64,000 nucleotides of DNA from Pseudomonadota bacterium (GCA_021325135.1 JAJPHT010000015.1:160001-224000); one strand, 5' to 3'; counted from the stretch's first letter, positions 29,726-39,089 are shown. Translations and numbers: made by a program. The notes: generated by a model from the sequence alone, not told the origin.

Positions 29726-32700
29726 TTGGCTGCCCCCTCGTACACGGAGGCGCTCGCCCGCGGGTCCACGGAGGCCCTCCTGAGCGTCACGCCCAGCGGC
29801 CGGGTCCTGACGTGGAGCCACGGCGCCGAGATGGCCTTCGGCTACCATCGCGACGAGGCCATCGGCCGGCTCCTCGTGGTCCTCGTGGCCTCCGCGGAGG
29901 ACGTCGAGCGCGTGCAGGCGGCGCTGCGCCAGGCCGCGACGGAGGGCTCCGCGACCTGCGACGGGCTGCGCCGCCGCAAGGACGGCTCGCGCTTCGCGTC
30001 GCCCATGCCGGTGCGCATCGTCCGCGAGGGCGACGGGCCGGGCCTCCAGCTCACCGTCTACGTGGGCCGCGAGGCCTCGGGCGACCTTCTCTCGGACCCC
30101 GAGCCGGGCGCCGCCGAGGCGCCCCTGGCGCCGCTGGAGGACCCGCTGCGCGAGCCCCTGGAGCGCGTCCGGGCCGAGCTGCGCGCCGACGCCGCCGCGG
30201 TCTACGTCTTCGCGCCCACCGGAGGGCTCGCCGTGCGCGCCACCGTGCGCGGCCCCGGCGCGCCAGCACCCCCCCTTCCCCGGCTCGAAGGCGAGGCGAC
30301 CGCGCCCAGCCCCGCCGAGGCCTACCGCTCGCAGATCGCCGTCACCGTCCGCGTGGGCGGCGCGCCCGCGGGCGTGCTCCAGGTCGCCTCGCGCGAGGCC
30401 CGCGTCTTCACGCCCGACGACGCCCGCGTCCTGGGCCTGGGCGCCGACCTCATCGGCTGGGCGCTGGAGCCGGGCCGCGGCCCCCTGGCCGGCATGGACC
30501 CCGCGATGGAGGCCGACCTTGCCGCGCTGCGAAGCGCGTGCGAGCGGGCGATGGAAGGCTCCCACGACCCCGGCGTCATGCTGGCCGCCATGGCGCGGGC
30601 TCTCGTGCCCCGCTTCGCGGACTGGTGCGCGGCCGACCTCGTGGAGCCCGCGGGCGGGCTGCGCCGCGTCGCGTTCGTCCACCGCGAGCCCTCCCGCGAG
30701 GCGACGGGCTACGAGGCCGCCTCGATCCCCGGCGCCAGCGCGCCGCTGGCCCCGCGGGACGCGGTGCGCGCGGCGCGCACCTTCGCGCGCCTCGCAGGCG
30801 AGGCCGAGCCCGAGCGCCGCCCCGAGGAGCGCCGCGCCCTGGCCGCGCTGGGCGACGCGTCGTGGATCGTCGTCCCCATCGCGGGGCGCGTGCGCGTCCT
30901 GGGCGCCCTGACCCTCGGGCAGGCCACCCCGGAGCGCGCCTTCGTGGACCGCGACGTGGCGTGGGTGCGCGACCTCGCGCGCCGCGCCGCGCTGGAGGTG
31001 GAGAACGCGCGCCTGCACGACATGGTGCAGCGCTCCCGCGAGCAGGCGGGGCGCGCCACCGTGCGCGGCAAGCTCCTCCAGGAGGTCGCGGCCTCGCTCT
31101 CCGAGGCGCTCACCCCCACCGAGGTCATCGAGACGGTGGTCGCGCGGGCGCGGGAGGGCCTGCGCGCCACGGGCGGCGCCCTCGCGGTGCTCACCGACGA
31201 CCGCGCGGCCTTCGAGATCGCGGGCACGGTGGGCGCCGCCGACGCGCTGCACAACGCGTGGCGCCGCTTCCCCGTCCACACGCGCGTCCCGCTGGCGGAC
31301 GCGGGCCGCTCCCGCGAGGTGGTGACCGTGGAGTCGGTCCCCGCCGGCATCGCGCGCTACCCCCACCTCGCGGGCGCCCACGAGAAGCTGGGCTCCCTCG
31401 TGGCCGTGCCCCTCGTCGTGGACGGCCGCACCGTGGGCGCCCTGGGCCTCGTCTTCGAGGAGAAGCGCGCCTTCGACGCGGACGACCTCTCCTTCCTGCG
31501 CACGCTGGCGCGCCAGTGCGGCGACGCCGTCGAGCGCACGCGCCTGCTCAACGCGGAGCGCAGCGCCCGCGCCGCGGCCGACAGCGAGGCGCGCCGCGCG
31601 GCGTTCCTCGCGGACGCCAGCCGCATCCTCTCCGCCTCCTTCGACTTCGAGAGCACGCTGGGCCAGACGGGCCGCATGCTCGTGCCGGTCTACGCGGACT
31701 GGTGCCTCATCCACCTGGCGGAGCCCGACGGCTCGCTGCGCGCCCTCGTCTCGGTCCACGGCGAGGGCGCGAAGCTCGCGGCCGTGGAGGAGCTTCGCTG
31801 GCTGCATCGCCTCGACCCCAACGGCGAGGCCGGCATCCCGCGCGTCGTGCGCACGGGGCGCCCCGAGATCCACTTCGAGGTGCCCGACTCGCTGGTGGAG
31901 CGCATGTGCGCGAGCCCCGAGGAGGCCGCGCTCATGCGCAAGGTGGGCGTCCGCTCGCAGATGATCGTGCCCATGGTCGCGCGCGGCCGCGTGCTGGGCG
32001 CCATCACGTTCCGCCAGTCGGGCATCCGCCGCTTCGGCATCAACGACGTGCCCCTCGCGGAGGAGCTGGCCATCCGCGCCGCCATCGCGGTGGACAACGC
32101 GCGCCTCTTCCGCGAGTCGCAGGAGGCGTTCCTGCGCCGCGAGGAGAGCCTGGCGCTCCTGGCGACGCTCCTCTCCAGCGCGCCCATCGGCATCGCGTTC
32201 TTCGACCGCGAGATGCGCGTCGCGCGCGTGAACGACGCGCTGAGGGCCGCCGGCGCGCCCGCCGACGCCGTGGGCCTCACGCTCGCCGAGGCGCTCCCCT
32301 TCCTCTCCGAGGAGACGCGGGAGCGCTTCCGCCAGGTCCTCGTCACGGGCGAGCCCGTCGTGGACCTGGAGGTGGCGGAGGCCTCCGACGGCCTCTTCCC
32401 GCGCCACTGGCTCGCGTCGTGCTATCCCGTGACGGCGCGCCCCGGCGACACGCTGGGCGTCGGCCTGCTCCTGGCGGACATCACCGCGCGCAAGCGGGCC
32501 GAGGAGGCCCTGCGGGAGAGCGAAGAACGATATCGCCTCCTCGTCGAGGGCGTCAAGGACCACGCCATCCTCAGCCTCGACCCCGAGGGGCGCATCATGA
32601 GCTGGAACGCGGCCGCGGAGAGGCTCCACGGCTACAAGGCGGAGGAGGTCGTGGGCAAGCCCTTCAGCGTCTTCCACCCCCCCGAGCTGGAGGGCGCCGC

Positions 32701-33616
32701 GGCCGTGGAGGAGCTTGCGACCGCGCTGAAGGACGGACGCTGCGAGATCGAGGGGTGGCGCGTGCGCAAGGACGGCTCGCGCTTCTACGCCAACGTGCTC
32801 CTGGCCCCGCTGCGCGACGCGGAGGGGCGCCTCGTGGGCTTCTCCAAGCTCACGCGCGACCTCACCGAGGCGCGCCGGGCGCGCGAGGACCTGGAATTGG
32901 CCCGCCAGCAGGTGGCGCGCACGGAGAAGCTCTCCACCATGGGCACCCTCGTCTCGGGCGTCGCGCACGAGATCCGCACGCCGCTCACCGCCATCGCGAA
33001 CAGCCTCTTCATGATGAAGATGCGGCTCGACCGCGGGCCCACCGCGGAGGAGCTTCGCTCGTCCACGTTCCGCCAGCACATGGACCTCGCGCTGGAAGGC
33101 ATCGACCGCATCAACCGCCTGGTGCAGGACCTCCGGCGCTTCACCAAGGTCCCCGTGGGCCAGGGGCGCGTCCGCGCAGGGCTCGACGACGTGGCCGGCG
33201 AGGCGCTGAGCCTCTTCCGCGCCGCGTACCGCGGGCGCATCGAGGTCGCCAGCGAGCTTCGGCCCACGCCCCCCTGCGAGGTGGACCGCGCGCAGATCCA
33301 GCAGCTCGTCCTCAACCTCCTCCAGAACGCCTCCGAGGCCATGCCCCACGGCGGCACGGTGCGGCTCCTCACGGGGGCCAGCGGCACGCACGCGTTCATC
33401 CGCGTCGTGGACACGGGCGTGGGCATGCCCCCCGAGGTCACGAAGCGCATGTTCGAGGAGTTCTTCACGACGAAGCCCGAGGGCACGGGGCTGGGCCTCT
33501 CCATCGTGAGGCGCATCGTGGAGGCCCACGGCGGCCGCATCGAGCACCACACGGAGGAGGGGAAGGGCACCACCTTCACCATCCACGTCCCGCTGGCCTC
33601 CGCGCCCCCTCCGTGA
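29726..33616 (+). CDS. Multi-sensor PAS/GAF histidine kinase (~1300 aa)
   Basis: PAS (RKDGSRF), several GAF domains (ADWC), H-box VAHEIRTPL, NLLQNA, DTGVG, FFTTKPEGTGLGL; TTG start inferred. Confidence 0.92.
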   Translation: MAAPSYTEALARGSTEALLSVTPSGRVLTWSHGAEMAFGYHRDEAIGRLLVVLVASAEDVERVQAALRQAATEGSATCDGLRRRKDGSRFASPMPVRIVREGDGPGLQLTVYVGREASGDLLSDPEPGAAEAPLAPLEDPLREPLERVRAELRADAAAVYVFAPTGGLAVRATVRGPGAPAPPLPRLEGEATAPSPAEAYRSQIAVTVRVGGAPAGVLQVASREARVFTPDDARVLGLGADLIGWALEPGRGPLAGMDPAMEADLAALRSACERAMEGSHDPGVMLAAMARALVPRFADWCAADLVEPAGGLRRVAFVHREPSREATGYEAASIPGASAPLAPRDAVRAARTFARLAGEAEPERRPEERRALAALGDASWIVVPIAGRVRVLGALTLGQATPERAFVDRDVAWVRDLARRAALEVENARLHDMVQRSREQAGRATVRGKLLQEVAASLSEALTPTEVIETVVARAREGLRATGGALAVLTDDRAAFEIAGTVGAADALHNAWRRFPVHTRVPLADAGRSREVVTVESVPAGIARYPHLAGAHEKLGSLVAVPLVVDGRTVGALGLVFEEKRAFDADDLSFLRTLARQCGDAVERTRLLNAERSARAAADSEARRAAFLADASRILSASFDFESTLGQTGRMLVPVYADWCLIHLAEPDGSLRALVSVHGEGAKLAAVEELRWLHRLDPNGEAGIPRVVRTGRPEIHFEVPDSLVERMCASPEEAALMRKVGVRSQMIVPMVARGRVLGAITFRQSGIRRFGINDVPLAEELAIRAAIAVDNARLFRESQEAFLRREESLALLATLLSSAPIGIAFFDREMRVARVNDALRAAGAPADAVGLTLAEALPFLSEETRERFRQVLVTGEPVVDLEVAEASDGLFPRHWLASCYPVTARPGDTLGVGLLLADITARKRAEEALRESEERYRLLVEGVKDHAILSLDPEGRIMSWNAAAERLHGYKAEEVVGKPFSVFHPPELEGAAAVEELATALKDGRCEIEGWRVRKDGSRFYANVLLAPLRDAEGRLVGFSKLTRDLTEARRAREDLELARQQVARTEKLSTMGTLVSGVAHEIRTPLTAIANSLFMMKMRLDRGPTAEELRSSTFRQHMDLALEGIDRINRLVQDLRRFTKVPVGQGRVRAGLDDVAGEALSLFRAAYRGRIEVASELRPTPPCEVDRAQIQQLVLNLLQNASEAMPHGGTVRLLTGASGTHAFIRVVDTGVGMPPEVTKRMFEEFFTTKPEGTGLGLSIVRRIVEAHGGRIEHHTEEGKGTTFTIHVPLASAPPP

Positions 33617-33728
33617 GGCGAGGGCCAGCAGGCTCCCGGGTTCGTAGCAGGAATCCTTTAGTCCCTCTCGGCCCTCGTCGAAGCGACTTCCCACCCGGGC
33701 AGCGGTGGGCGACTGGAGAGGCAGAACC

Positions 33729-34388
33729 ATGCAGAAGACCATCATCCCCCAGACGACGAGCACGGTCTACGACATCGGGGTCCGCGAGCTCCACCGCATC
33801 TCCCAGGACGAGGCCGCGCGCCGCGAGATCGACCACAACCTCAACGAGTCGCGCGGCCGGGAGGCGGCCCGCCTCCACGTCACGCTGACGGCGCTCTCGG
33901 CCATGGACCGGAAGAACATGGAGGCGCTGGAGGCCATGGCCACGGAGCTCCAGGCGCGCGTCGCGGAGCTTGCCGCCTCGGTCTCCGGCACCGAGGGCGT
34001 CGCCGAGAAGCGCTCGCAGGAGATCGTGGCGTTGACCACGCAGCTCACCTCCGCCATGAAGGACAACTTCGAGGCGACGCGCAGCCATCTCGTCAACCTC
34101 CAGAACGCCCTCTCCACGCAGGTCCACGAGGCGCGCCTCGCCCTGGCCAACCAGGCGGACGGCTCGCTCCAGAGCATCTCCTCGCAGCAGCGCGAGAACA
34201 CCGAGCGCCTCGCCGTGGACGTGCGCAAGCTGCGCGACGAGGTCGTCTCCCTCGTGGACAGCCGCATGAACCAGGCCGACGCCAGCTTCGCCGCCCTGCG
34301 CGGCGACGTCGAGGTCGTGAAGTACCTCGTCATGGACCTCATCAAGGACCGCATCGGCCGCGCCGACCCCAAGTCCAAGACCTACTGA
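33729..34388 (+). CDS. Coiled-coil hypothetical protein
   Basis: Heptad-rich helical sequence, strong codon bias, SD-like GGAGAGG upstream. Confidence 0.8.
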   Translation: MQKTIIPQTTSTVYDIGVRELHRISQDEAARREIDHNLNESRGREAARLHVTLTALSAMDRKNMEALEAMATELQARVAELAASVSGTEGVAEKRSQEIVALTTQLTSAMKDNFEATRSHLVNLQNALSTQVHEARLALANQADGSLQSISSQQRENTERLAVDVRKLRDEVVSLVDSRMNQADASFAALRGDVEVVKYLVMDLIKDRIGRADPKSKTY

Positions 34389-34400
34389 GGTGCCCGCCCC

Positions 34401-35318
34401 ATGCGGGCCCTCCTGTGCGCGCTCGTCCTCTCGGCCCTCCTGGCGCCCTCCTCCGCGCTGGCCCAGGTGCCCGCCGCCCAGCCGCAGGTGGGGCTCTCCC
34501 TGTCGGCGGCCGCCCTGCGCGTGGACGCGGGAAACGAGAGCGTCGTCCTCGCCAACGTCACCAACCAGGGCAGCCTCCCGGCCACCGTCACGCTCTCCTT
34601 CGCTCCGCTGGCAGGGTGGACCGTCACGCCCGACGTGGCGAGCCCCTTCGCCCTGGCCGCCAACGGCGCGCAGACGGTGCGCCTCACGGTGCGCGCTCCA
34701 GCCGCCGGCGCGGGCGCCGCGGAGGGCCCCCTGGGCGTCACGGCCACCCTCACCGAATCCACCACCGGGCGCCAGGCTCCTCCGGCCAAGGCGACGCTGG
34801 CCCTCTCCCGCGTCGACCCCGCCGCCGCGGCCCCGCCCTCCTTGTGGCCCCCGGAGCGCGTCGCCGCCGCGGCGCTGGGCTCCGTCGCGGTGGTCGCGGG
34901 CGTCGTCGCGCTGGAGCGGAGGCGCCGCGTCCGCGCCGAGGCCCTCTGGCGCGAGCGCGAGACGGGCCTCGCCCTGGAGCCGGACGGGCCCACGATGCCC
35001 TGGGGCGCGCGCCGCGAGATGCTCCAGCGCGTCGCGGTGCGCAACGTGGGCTCGCGCCCCCTGGTCGCCCTCGTGGGCGTGCGCGCGGCGAGCCCCGGCT
35101 GGACGGCCGCCCTCTCGCTGCCGCGCCTGCCCCTGGCCCCCGGCGAGCGCGCGGTGGTCACGCTCTACCTCAACCCCGCGCCCGACGTGCCCGGCGGCGC
35201 GCCCGGCGAGGTGACGCTCTACGCCCGCACGGCCGAGGCGCAGGAGCACGAGGAGGTGGCGCGCGTGGCCCTGGAGGCGCCCCCGGTGCGCGTCCCTGCG
35301 GCAGCGGGCGGGCGCTAG
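34401..35318 (+). CDS. Exported/membrane protein with Ig-like domains on both sides of a TM helix
   Basis: Signal peptide; NVTNQGS and AVRNVGS..GW..LAPGE repeats. Confidence 0.65.
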   Translation: MRALLCALVLSALLAPSSALAQVPAAQPQVGLSLSAAALRVDAGNESVVLANVTNQGSLPATVTLSFAPLAGWTVTPDVASPFALAANGAQTVRLTVRAPAAGAGAAEGPLGVTATLTESTTGRQAPPAKATLALSRVDPAAAAPPSLWPPERVAAAALGSVAVVAGVVALERRRRVRAEALWRERETGLALEPDGPTMPWGARREMLQRVAVRNVGSRPLVALVGVRAASPGWTAALSLPRLPLAPGERAVVTLYLNPAPDVPGGAPGEVTLYARTAEAQEHEEVARVALEAPPVRVPAAAGGR

Positions 35319-35349
35319 CCTCAAGGCTCGCAGCCCGGATCGCCCCCCG

Positions 35350-35826
35350 ATGCCCGAGGTCCGCAACGTGAACGGCTACGTCGCGCCGGCGCTCACCGCG
35401 GACGCCGTCCTCCTCAAGGGCCGCGAGGCGCTCCTCATCCGCCGCGGCCGCGACCCGTTCAAGGGCTCGTGGGCCCTGCCTGGAGGCTTCGTCGAGCCGG
35501 GCGAGCGCGTCGAGGACGCCTGCCGCCGCGAGCTCATGGAGGAGACGGGCCTCAAGGGCGACATCGTCGACCTCCTGGGCGTCTACAGCGATCCCGGCCG
35601 CGACCCGCGGGGGCCCACCGTCACCGTGGCCTACGTGCTGAAGGTCTCCGGCATCGTGCAGGTGGCTGCCGCGGACGACGCGGACGAGGCGCGCTGGTTC
35701 CCCCTCGACGCGTTGCCTCCGCTGGCGTTCGACCACGATCGCATCCTCTCCGACGCGGCGCGGTGGCTCGCGCAGCCGGGGTGCTTCGAGAAGCTGGCGG
35801 ACACCGATTTTGGGAAGTGCGCCTGA
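35350..35826 (+). CDS. NUDIX hydrolase
   Basis: PGGFVEPGERVEDACRRELMEETGL, RDPR, LAFDH. Confidence 0.93.
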   Translation: MPEVRNVNGYVAPALTADAVLLKGREALLIRRGRDPFKGSWALPGGFVEPGERVEDACRRELMEETGLKGDIVDLLGVYSDPGRDPRGPTVTVAYVLKVSGIVQVAAADDADEARWFPLDALPPLAFDHDRILSDAARWLAQPGCFEKLADTDFGKCA

Positions 35827-35837
35827 GGCTTGCCTCC

Positions 35838-35870
35838 TGGTCCGGTGGTTCGTGGGTTCGGGTTGCATCG
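35838..35870. repeat. Solo copy of family A repeat
   Basis: Reverse complement matches 9622-9654 at 31 of 33 positions. Confidence 0.75.
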
Positions 35871-35920
35871 TGGAACAGCGAGCAGAGGGATTCATCCCCC
35901 GCTCGCGCGCTCGCCGAGGC

Positions 35921-36271
35921 GTGATCCCCGAGGGCCTCCGGGAGGGCATCCGCCGCTTCAACGCGCGCGAGTGGTTCGAGGCCCACGAGGCGTGGGAGGA
36001 CCACTGGGGGTCGGGCGGAGCGGGCGAGCGCGAGGCCACGCTGGGGCTCATCAAGGCCGCCGTCGCGCTGCACCACCTCGCGGCCGGCAACGAGGCGGGC
36101 TTCCTCTGGCAGGCCAAGGAGGCGATCCCCAGGCTGCGCGCGCAGGCGGGGCTCTGGCCGGAGCTGGCGCTGGACGACCTCGCCGAGGCGCTGGACTCCC
36201 TGGCCGCGCAGGCGCGCTTCGCCGGGCGGCTGCCCACCGCCTGGGACGCGCCCCGCCTGCCGGAGCCGTGA
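35921..36271 (+). CDS. DUF309 family protein
   Basis: FNAREWFEAHEAWEDHW, GLIKAAVALHH. Confidence 0.85.
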   Translation: MIPEGLREGIRRFNAREWFEAHEAWEDHWGSGGAGEREATLGLIKAAVALHHLAAGNEAGFLWQAKEAIPRLRAQAGLWPELALDDLAEALDSLAAQARFAGRLPTAWDAPRLPEP

Positions 36272-36327
36272 ACGTCCTCACAACAAGGGATAAATGGGCC
36301 GATTCGGTCCCCACGCCCGGGGCAGGC

Positions 36328-37533
36328 ATGCGCGCGGACGTCCCCCTCGGAGCCCTTCTCCTCGTGGCCCTCCTCTCGGCGGGCTGCATCGGCACGTTCA
36401 ACCACACGCTGGACGAGCACCCCGCGACCGTGGACGACGGCCACGGAGGCGGCCCCCTCCTCCCTCCGCCCCCCAAGCCCATGCTCAAGCCCACCGTGGC
36501 GCCCGTCGTCGCCCCCGCGCCGTGGGTCCTCAACGGCACGCAGGTGGAGATGCAGGCCGTCGCCCCCGCCGACGCCAAGGCGCCCCTCTCGTGGACGTGG
36601 GGCGTCGCCCCCCTCCTGGGCACGGCGCCCCTCGCGCAGAAGGCCACTGGCCTCGACACGGGCTCCAAGAAGCCCGACGACTACCTCTCCCCCGGCCAGA
36701 GCGCGTCGCTCACCTTCTCCCTCCCCGGCGTCTACCAGATGCACTGCCACCCGCACGCGAACTTCATGCGCGGCAACGTGACCGTCATCGACGGCCTGCC
36801 CGGCGCCAAGAATTTCGACGTCTACATCGAGGACGGCGCGACGTACAAGGACTTCCGCTTCGTCCCCGAGAACCTCACCGTCCCCGCGGGCTCCGTCGTC
36901 ACCTACCACAACGTGGGCAGCCAGGCCCACAGCGCGACCCTCCTCTCCCAGGACCCTGGCCTCGTCCCGCAGCCCGTCACCGGCAGCAAGGGCACCGTCA
37001 CCCTCACGGGCAACGGCTGGACGCGCGTCATCGCCATCCTCCACGACGCGGAAGGCCGCATCGGCCAGGCCGAGTGGCCCGTCTACGTCGCGCCCTACCC
37101 CGAGGACTACCAGAAGACGTTCTACCAGAACTTCAGCGCCGGAGCCCCCGCACAGCTGGACGCCGCGCCCGTCTCCGTCGCGCCGGGCGGCACGCTCTCG
37201 TTCAAGACGGACTACAACGGCACCGCGTTCGTGAACGTCACCTTCCTCGACCCGCCCTCCCAGCAGGCGCTCCCCGCCGCCGACCCCGCCAACGCCTGCG
37301 CGGGCGAGTTCCACCTCCGCGAACAGGGCTCCCAGACGGACCTGCTCACCGGCGCGCAAGGGCCCTCCCCCGCCGCCCACGGCCGCGTCCTCACCACGAC
37401 GTACAACCTCGTCGTCGTGCCGCGCCAGGGCGCCAGCTGCGAGGCCATCGTGCAGCTCCACGTGCTCTACGACCACGAGCCGCCAGCCCCGCTGGCCTAC
37501 GTGGACCCGGAGAGCGTTCCGCATCATCACTGA
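36328..37533 (+). CDS. Lipoprotein with a circularly permuted cupredoxin (type 1 Cu) domain
   Basis: Lipobox LSAGC; YQMHCHPHANFMRG precedes FVPENLTVPAGSVVTYHNVGSQAHSAT; C-terminal HHH. Confidence 0.8.
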   Translation: MRADVPLGALLLVALLSAGCIGTFNHTLDEHPATVDDGHGGGPLLPPPPKPMLKPTVAPVVAPAPWVLNGTQVEMQAVAPADAKAPLSWTWGVAPLLGTAPLAQKATGLDTGSKKPDDYLSPGQSASLTFSLPGVYQMHCHPHANFMRGNVTVIDGLPGAKNFDVYIEDGATYKDFRFVPENLTVPAGSVVTYHNVGSQAHSATLLSQDPGLVPQPVTGSKGTVTLTGNGWTRVIAILHDAEGRIGQAEWPVYVAPYPEDYQKTFYQNFSAGAPAQLDAAPVSVAPGGTLSFKTDYNGTAFVNVTFLDPPSQQALPAADPANACAGEFHLREQGSQTDLLTGAQGPSPAAHGRVLTTTYNLVVVPRQGASCEAIVQLHVLYDHEPPAPLAYVDPESVPHHH

Positions 37534-37536
37534 TAC

Positions 37537-37740
37537 GGCCCGCTCGCTTCGCTCGCGGACCGACTCGGCTGGGGGCCCTTCGGGCCCCCGGGGAGCGCCC
37601 CTTTTTTCGCAGAAATGCCCTTAGGGGCGCTCCGGCGCCGCCTTCGGCGGCGCCTGCGGCCCCTACAAGGCATCCGGCATTTCTGCGAAAAAACGGGCGC
37701 TCGGTGATGGCCCTCTGCGGGGGGCCGCGAGTGGTGGGCT
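37537..37740. repeat. Composite nested palindrome (REP-like or structured RNA)
   Basis: 27-bp arms at 37593-37619 and 37676-37702 (1 mismatch), several TTCG-capped hairpins, CGCTCGCTTCGCTCGC motif. Confidence 0.7.
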
Positions 37741-37825
37741 CTTCGTCGCGCGCGCGGGCGCCGCGGCGGGGGCCCTCGCTTCGGGTCCGCAAGGGCTTTC
37801 AATGAAACGAGGGCTGCGGCCGATC

Positions 37826-38143
37826 ATGTTCTGTCCCAACGACAAGGCGATGCTCAAGCCTGTGAACGGGGTGCTGACGTGCCCGAAATGCGGGTACACG
37901 AAGCAGGCCGTCGCGGGGCAGAACGTCGTGCGGAGCAAGGCCGTCGAGGACGTCCACAAGTCGGTCATGGACGACTCGGCGCAGAAGGTCAGCCTCCTGC
38001 CCACGACCAACGAGTACCAGTGCGAGAAGTGCGGCAACCACCTCGCGTACTACTACATGCGCCAGACGCGCAGCGCGGATGAGGCCACGACGCGCTTCCT
38101 GGAGTGCACCAAGTGTGGCCACAAGTGGAGGGAATACCGGTGA
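37826..38143 (+). CDS. tfs: Transcription factor S (TFS/RpoM family)
   Basis: Two Zn ribbons, QTRSADE acidic hairpin, CTKCGHKWREY. Confidence 0.95.
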   Translation: MFCPNDKAMLKPVNGVLTCPKCGYTKQAVAGQNVVRSKAVEDVHKSVMDDSAQKVSLLPTTNEYQCEKCGNHLAYYYMRQTRSADEATTRFLECTKCGHKWREYR

Positions 38144-38214
38144 GCGAAGCGAACCGGTTTCCCTACACTGAAGCCGGACCGCAGTCCGGCTGGAAGTGGA
38201 GGGAATACCGATAG
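38123..38214 (+). repeat. Duplicated 3' end of tfs with an internal inverted copy
   Basis: AAGTGGAGGGAATACCG at 38123-38139 and 38194-38210; inverted copy ACCGGTTTCCCTACACT at 38153-38169. Confidence 0.8.
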
Positions 38215-38633
38215 CGTCGCCCGAGCTTCGCCTCGCGGGGTCGGTGCTCCACCTTCCGGACACCGCGGGCGTCTTCGTGATCGCGTGCCGCTTCATGGGG
38301 ACCACCGCGCATCCCTTGGGCGCCGTGCTCTACGTGGGGGTCGCGGAGGACATGCGGCGCCGCGTGCTCTCGCTCCTCTCCGGGGGCAAGTCGGGGCTCC
38401 ACGCGCCGCTGCGCGAGCTGCACGAGGCCGGCGGCCAGGTGGACGTCCTCTACGTCGAGGTCAAGGGCGCGGGGAAGATGCCCGGGCTGGAGGCCGCCCT
38501 CGTGCAGGAGCACATGCACCGCTCCGGGACGAAGCCTGCGTGGAACCGCGGGCCCGCCCGCACGAAGCCCTCCCCCGAAGCCTTGGCGACGGCGGAGCAC
38601 ATCCTGGACGCGCTGCGCATCCTGCCGCGCTGA
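38196..38633 (+). CDS. GIY-YIG-like nuclease domain protein (start uncertain)
   Basis: LPDTAGVF..LYVGVAEDMRRRV..LE..KPAWN. Confidence 0.65.
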   Translation: MEGIPIASPELRLAGSVLHLPDTAGVFVIACRFMGTTAHPLGAVLYVGVAEDMRRRVLSLLSGGKSGLHAPLRELHEAGGQVDVLYVEVKGAGKMPGLEAALVQEHMHRSGTKPAWNRGPARTKPSPEALATAEHILDALRILPR

Positions 38634-39089
38634 TCAGCAGCCGCGCAGGCCCAGGTCGAGGCGCCACCCTCCGGCGTGCGGCGCGACGTCGCCCGCCATC
38701 GCCTCCACGCGCCGCGAGAAGCGCGGGCCCTCCACGACGAGCGTCGCCGCGGCCGCGCCGGGCGCCAGCAGGTCCACGCCCATGGCGCGGGCGTCCGCCA
38801 GCAGGGGCTCGTCCACGAAGCGGCCCAGCCACTCCGCGCTCAACGGGGGGCGGCACGCGCAGACGAACGCCCGCAGCCCGCCAAGCCCCGACGCGGGGCC
38901 CGGGCGCGCCGTCGCGGGCCCCTCCGCCAGGGGCAGGCGCAGCGCGGCGGCCTGCTCCTCCAGGAGAAAACGGGGCACGGGGCCGTCCTCCTCGGGGAGG
39001 GCCAGCGCAACGTCGGCGCCCCCGGCAAGCAGCCGGTCGAGGGCCGCCGCGGCCGGGATGCCGCCGTCCCACGCCAGCGCCACGCGCAT
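38634..39089 (-). CDS. Degenerate Dph6/DUF71 (diphthine-ammonia ligase-like) protein
   Basis: VALAWDGG, QAAALRLPL, WLGRFVD, MGVD, TLVVEGPRF; PP-loop and GEFHT motifs eroded. Confidence 0.55.
   Translation of the reverse strand: MRVALAWDGGIPAAAALDRLLAGGADVALALPEEDGPVPRFLLEEQAAALRLPLAEGPATARPGPASGLGGLRAFVCACRPPLSAEWLGRFVDEPLLADARAMGVDLLAPGAAAATLVVEGPRFSRRVEAMAGDVAPHAGGWRLDLGLRGC

Noticed and set aside
29693-33888. 1356-aa (-) and 1358-aa (+) ORFs over the histidine kinase
   Set aside because: Antisense and frame-shifted shadows without motifs; the kinase frame explains the codon pattern
38123-38633. Integrated element using the tfs 3' end as att site with the GIY-YIG gene as cargo
   Set aside because: The GIY-YIG-like ORF lies outside the two direct repeats, which are only ~55 nt apart
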